From positions 24,120,001 to 24,184,000 of the forward strand of contig CM052832.1 in assembly GCA_028534125.1 (NCBI GenBank): DNA of 64,000 bases, read 5' to 3'. A program made the position numbers and the translations under genes. Source of the stretch: Lama glama (taxonomy: Eukaryota). Positions 62,675 to 64,000 of the stretch are shown piece by piece. Position 1 is the stretch's first letter, and each line of letters opens with the position of its first letter. The notes below the pieces were generated by a model. The model did not search any database. It was not told the origin of the DNA and worked only from the letters and a program-made list of their open reading frames with translations.

Positions 62675-63882
62675 CCAGGTTTATTGAGATATTATTTACA
62701 TATAACATTGTGTAAGTTTAAGGTGTACAACATGTTGATTTAATATACTCATATATTGCAAAATGATTACCACCATAGCTAACACTTCCATGTCACATAA
62801 TTACCATTTCTTTTTTTGTGGTGAGAACATTTACAATCTCCTCTCTTAGCCACTTTCAAGTATATAATACAGTTCTGTTAACTATAATCACTATGCTGTG
62901 CATTAGATCCCCAGAACTTACTCATCTTATAACTGCAAGTTTGTACTCTGACCAATGTCTCCCCCTTTCCCCCACCCACCCAGACCCTGGTAACCAACAT
63001 TCTAATCTCTGGTTCTGTGAGTTTGTCTCTTAAATTCCATATATAAGTGATATTATATGGTATTTTTCTTACTTTGCCTGACTTATTTCACTTAGCATAA
63101 TGCCCTGAAGGTCCATTCATGTCACCAACAGCAAAATTTCCTTCCTTCTTATGGCTGAATAATATTCCATTTTATATACAAATGCCACAATGAACATAGG
63201 AGCACAGATAATGTCTTCAGTATCTTATGGTTATTTCCTTTTAATATATACCTGTAAGTTGATTGCTGGATCATATAGTAGTTCCATTTTTAACTTTTTG
63301 GGGACTCTTAATACTGATTTCTATAGTTACTGTACCAATTTACATTCCCACCAATAGTGCACATTTCTCCACATCCACTGACACTTAACTCTTGTGTTAT
63401 TGATGGTAGTCATTCTAATAGGTATGAGGTGATATCTCAGTGTGGTTTTGATTTGCATTTCCATCATGATTAGTGATGTTGAACACCTCTTCAAATATTA
63501 ACCATCTGTATGTCTTCTTTGGAAAAATGTCTGTTCAGTTTCTCTGTCCAGTTTAAATCAGTGTTTTTTGTTTGTTTGTTTGTTTGTTTGCTATTTAGTT
63601 GTATGAGTTCTTTATATAATTTGGATATTAACCCCTTATCAGGCATATGATTTGCAGAAATTTTTTTCTATTCCGTAGGTTGCCATTTGATTTTGTTGAT
63701 TGTTTCTTTTGCTGTGCAGAAGCTTTTTAGTTTGATATAGTCCCATTTAAGTTTTGTTTTTGCTGTTTGTGCTTTTGGTGTCATATCCAAAAAATAATTG
63801 CCAAGACCAAGATCAAGGAGCTTTCTTCCAATATATTCTTTTAGAAATTTTACAGTTTCAGTTCTTACTTTTAAGTCTTTCC
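62675..63882 (-). mobile_element. L1MA-like 3' ~1.2 kb
   Basis: 'ccaggtttattgagatattatttacatataacattgtgtaagtttaaggtgtac...ggtatgaggtgatatctcagtgtggttttgatttgcatttcc'. Confidence 0.92.
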
Positions 63883-64000
63883 AATGTGTGTGTGTTTTTC
63901 CACATCACCAGGCAATTCTCTGACACCAGCTGGGTGTCCTACTATTCAGCTCAATTCAATTCTGACACTGTCTACCTGGAGAAAGTATCAGATCTCACAG
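63883..64000. mobile_element. ERV LTR (MER21/MER34/MER39-like), runs off the window
   Basis: 'caattctctgacaccagctgggtgtcctactattcagctcaattcaattctgacactgtctacctggag'. Confidence 0.7.

Noticed and set aside
1..64000. CRISPR array, operon or other prokaryote-type system
   Set aside because: Sequence is mammalian; no regularly spaced repeats or gene-dense region

Overview
Repeat-rich, non-coding mammalian (eutherian) DNA, intronic or intergenic. Two tRNA-Ala(AGC)-derived SINEs resemble the camelid Vic-1 family, so a camel or alpaca draft assembly is likely; there is one 500-N gap. I found no credible host protein-coding exon: every recognisable ORF is a remnant of LINE-1 ORF1/ORF2, L2 reverse transcriptase or a hAT transposase. 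Roughly half the window is interspersed repeat (L1s of many ages, L2, MIR, L3/CR1, MaLR/ERV LTRs, hAT MITEs), often nested. I see no convincing previously undescribed biological system. Most notable: a young L1 with a perfect 15-bp target-site duplication (TSD) and an open endonuclease frame spanning an apparently under-sized gap; up to three 5'-inverted (twin-primed) L1s; a head-to-head pair of old L1 5' ends; a fossil hAT-Tip100-type transposase missed by the ORF track; a bipartite CTCF-like site in a CpG-rich patch; and a TATA box with a short exon plus other splice signals that could mark a + strand non-coding transcript. Repeat subfamily names come from recall of consensus sequences, not from a search, and boundaries are approximate.
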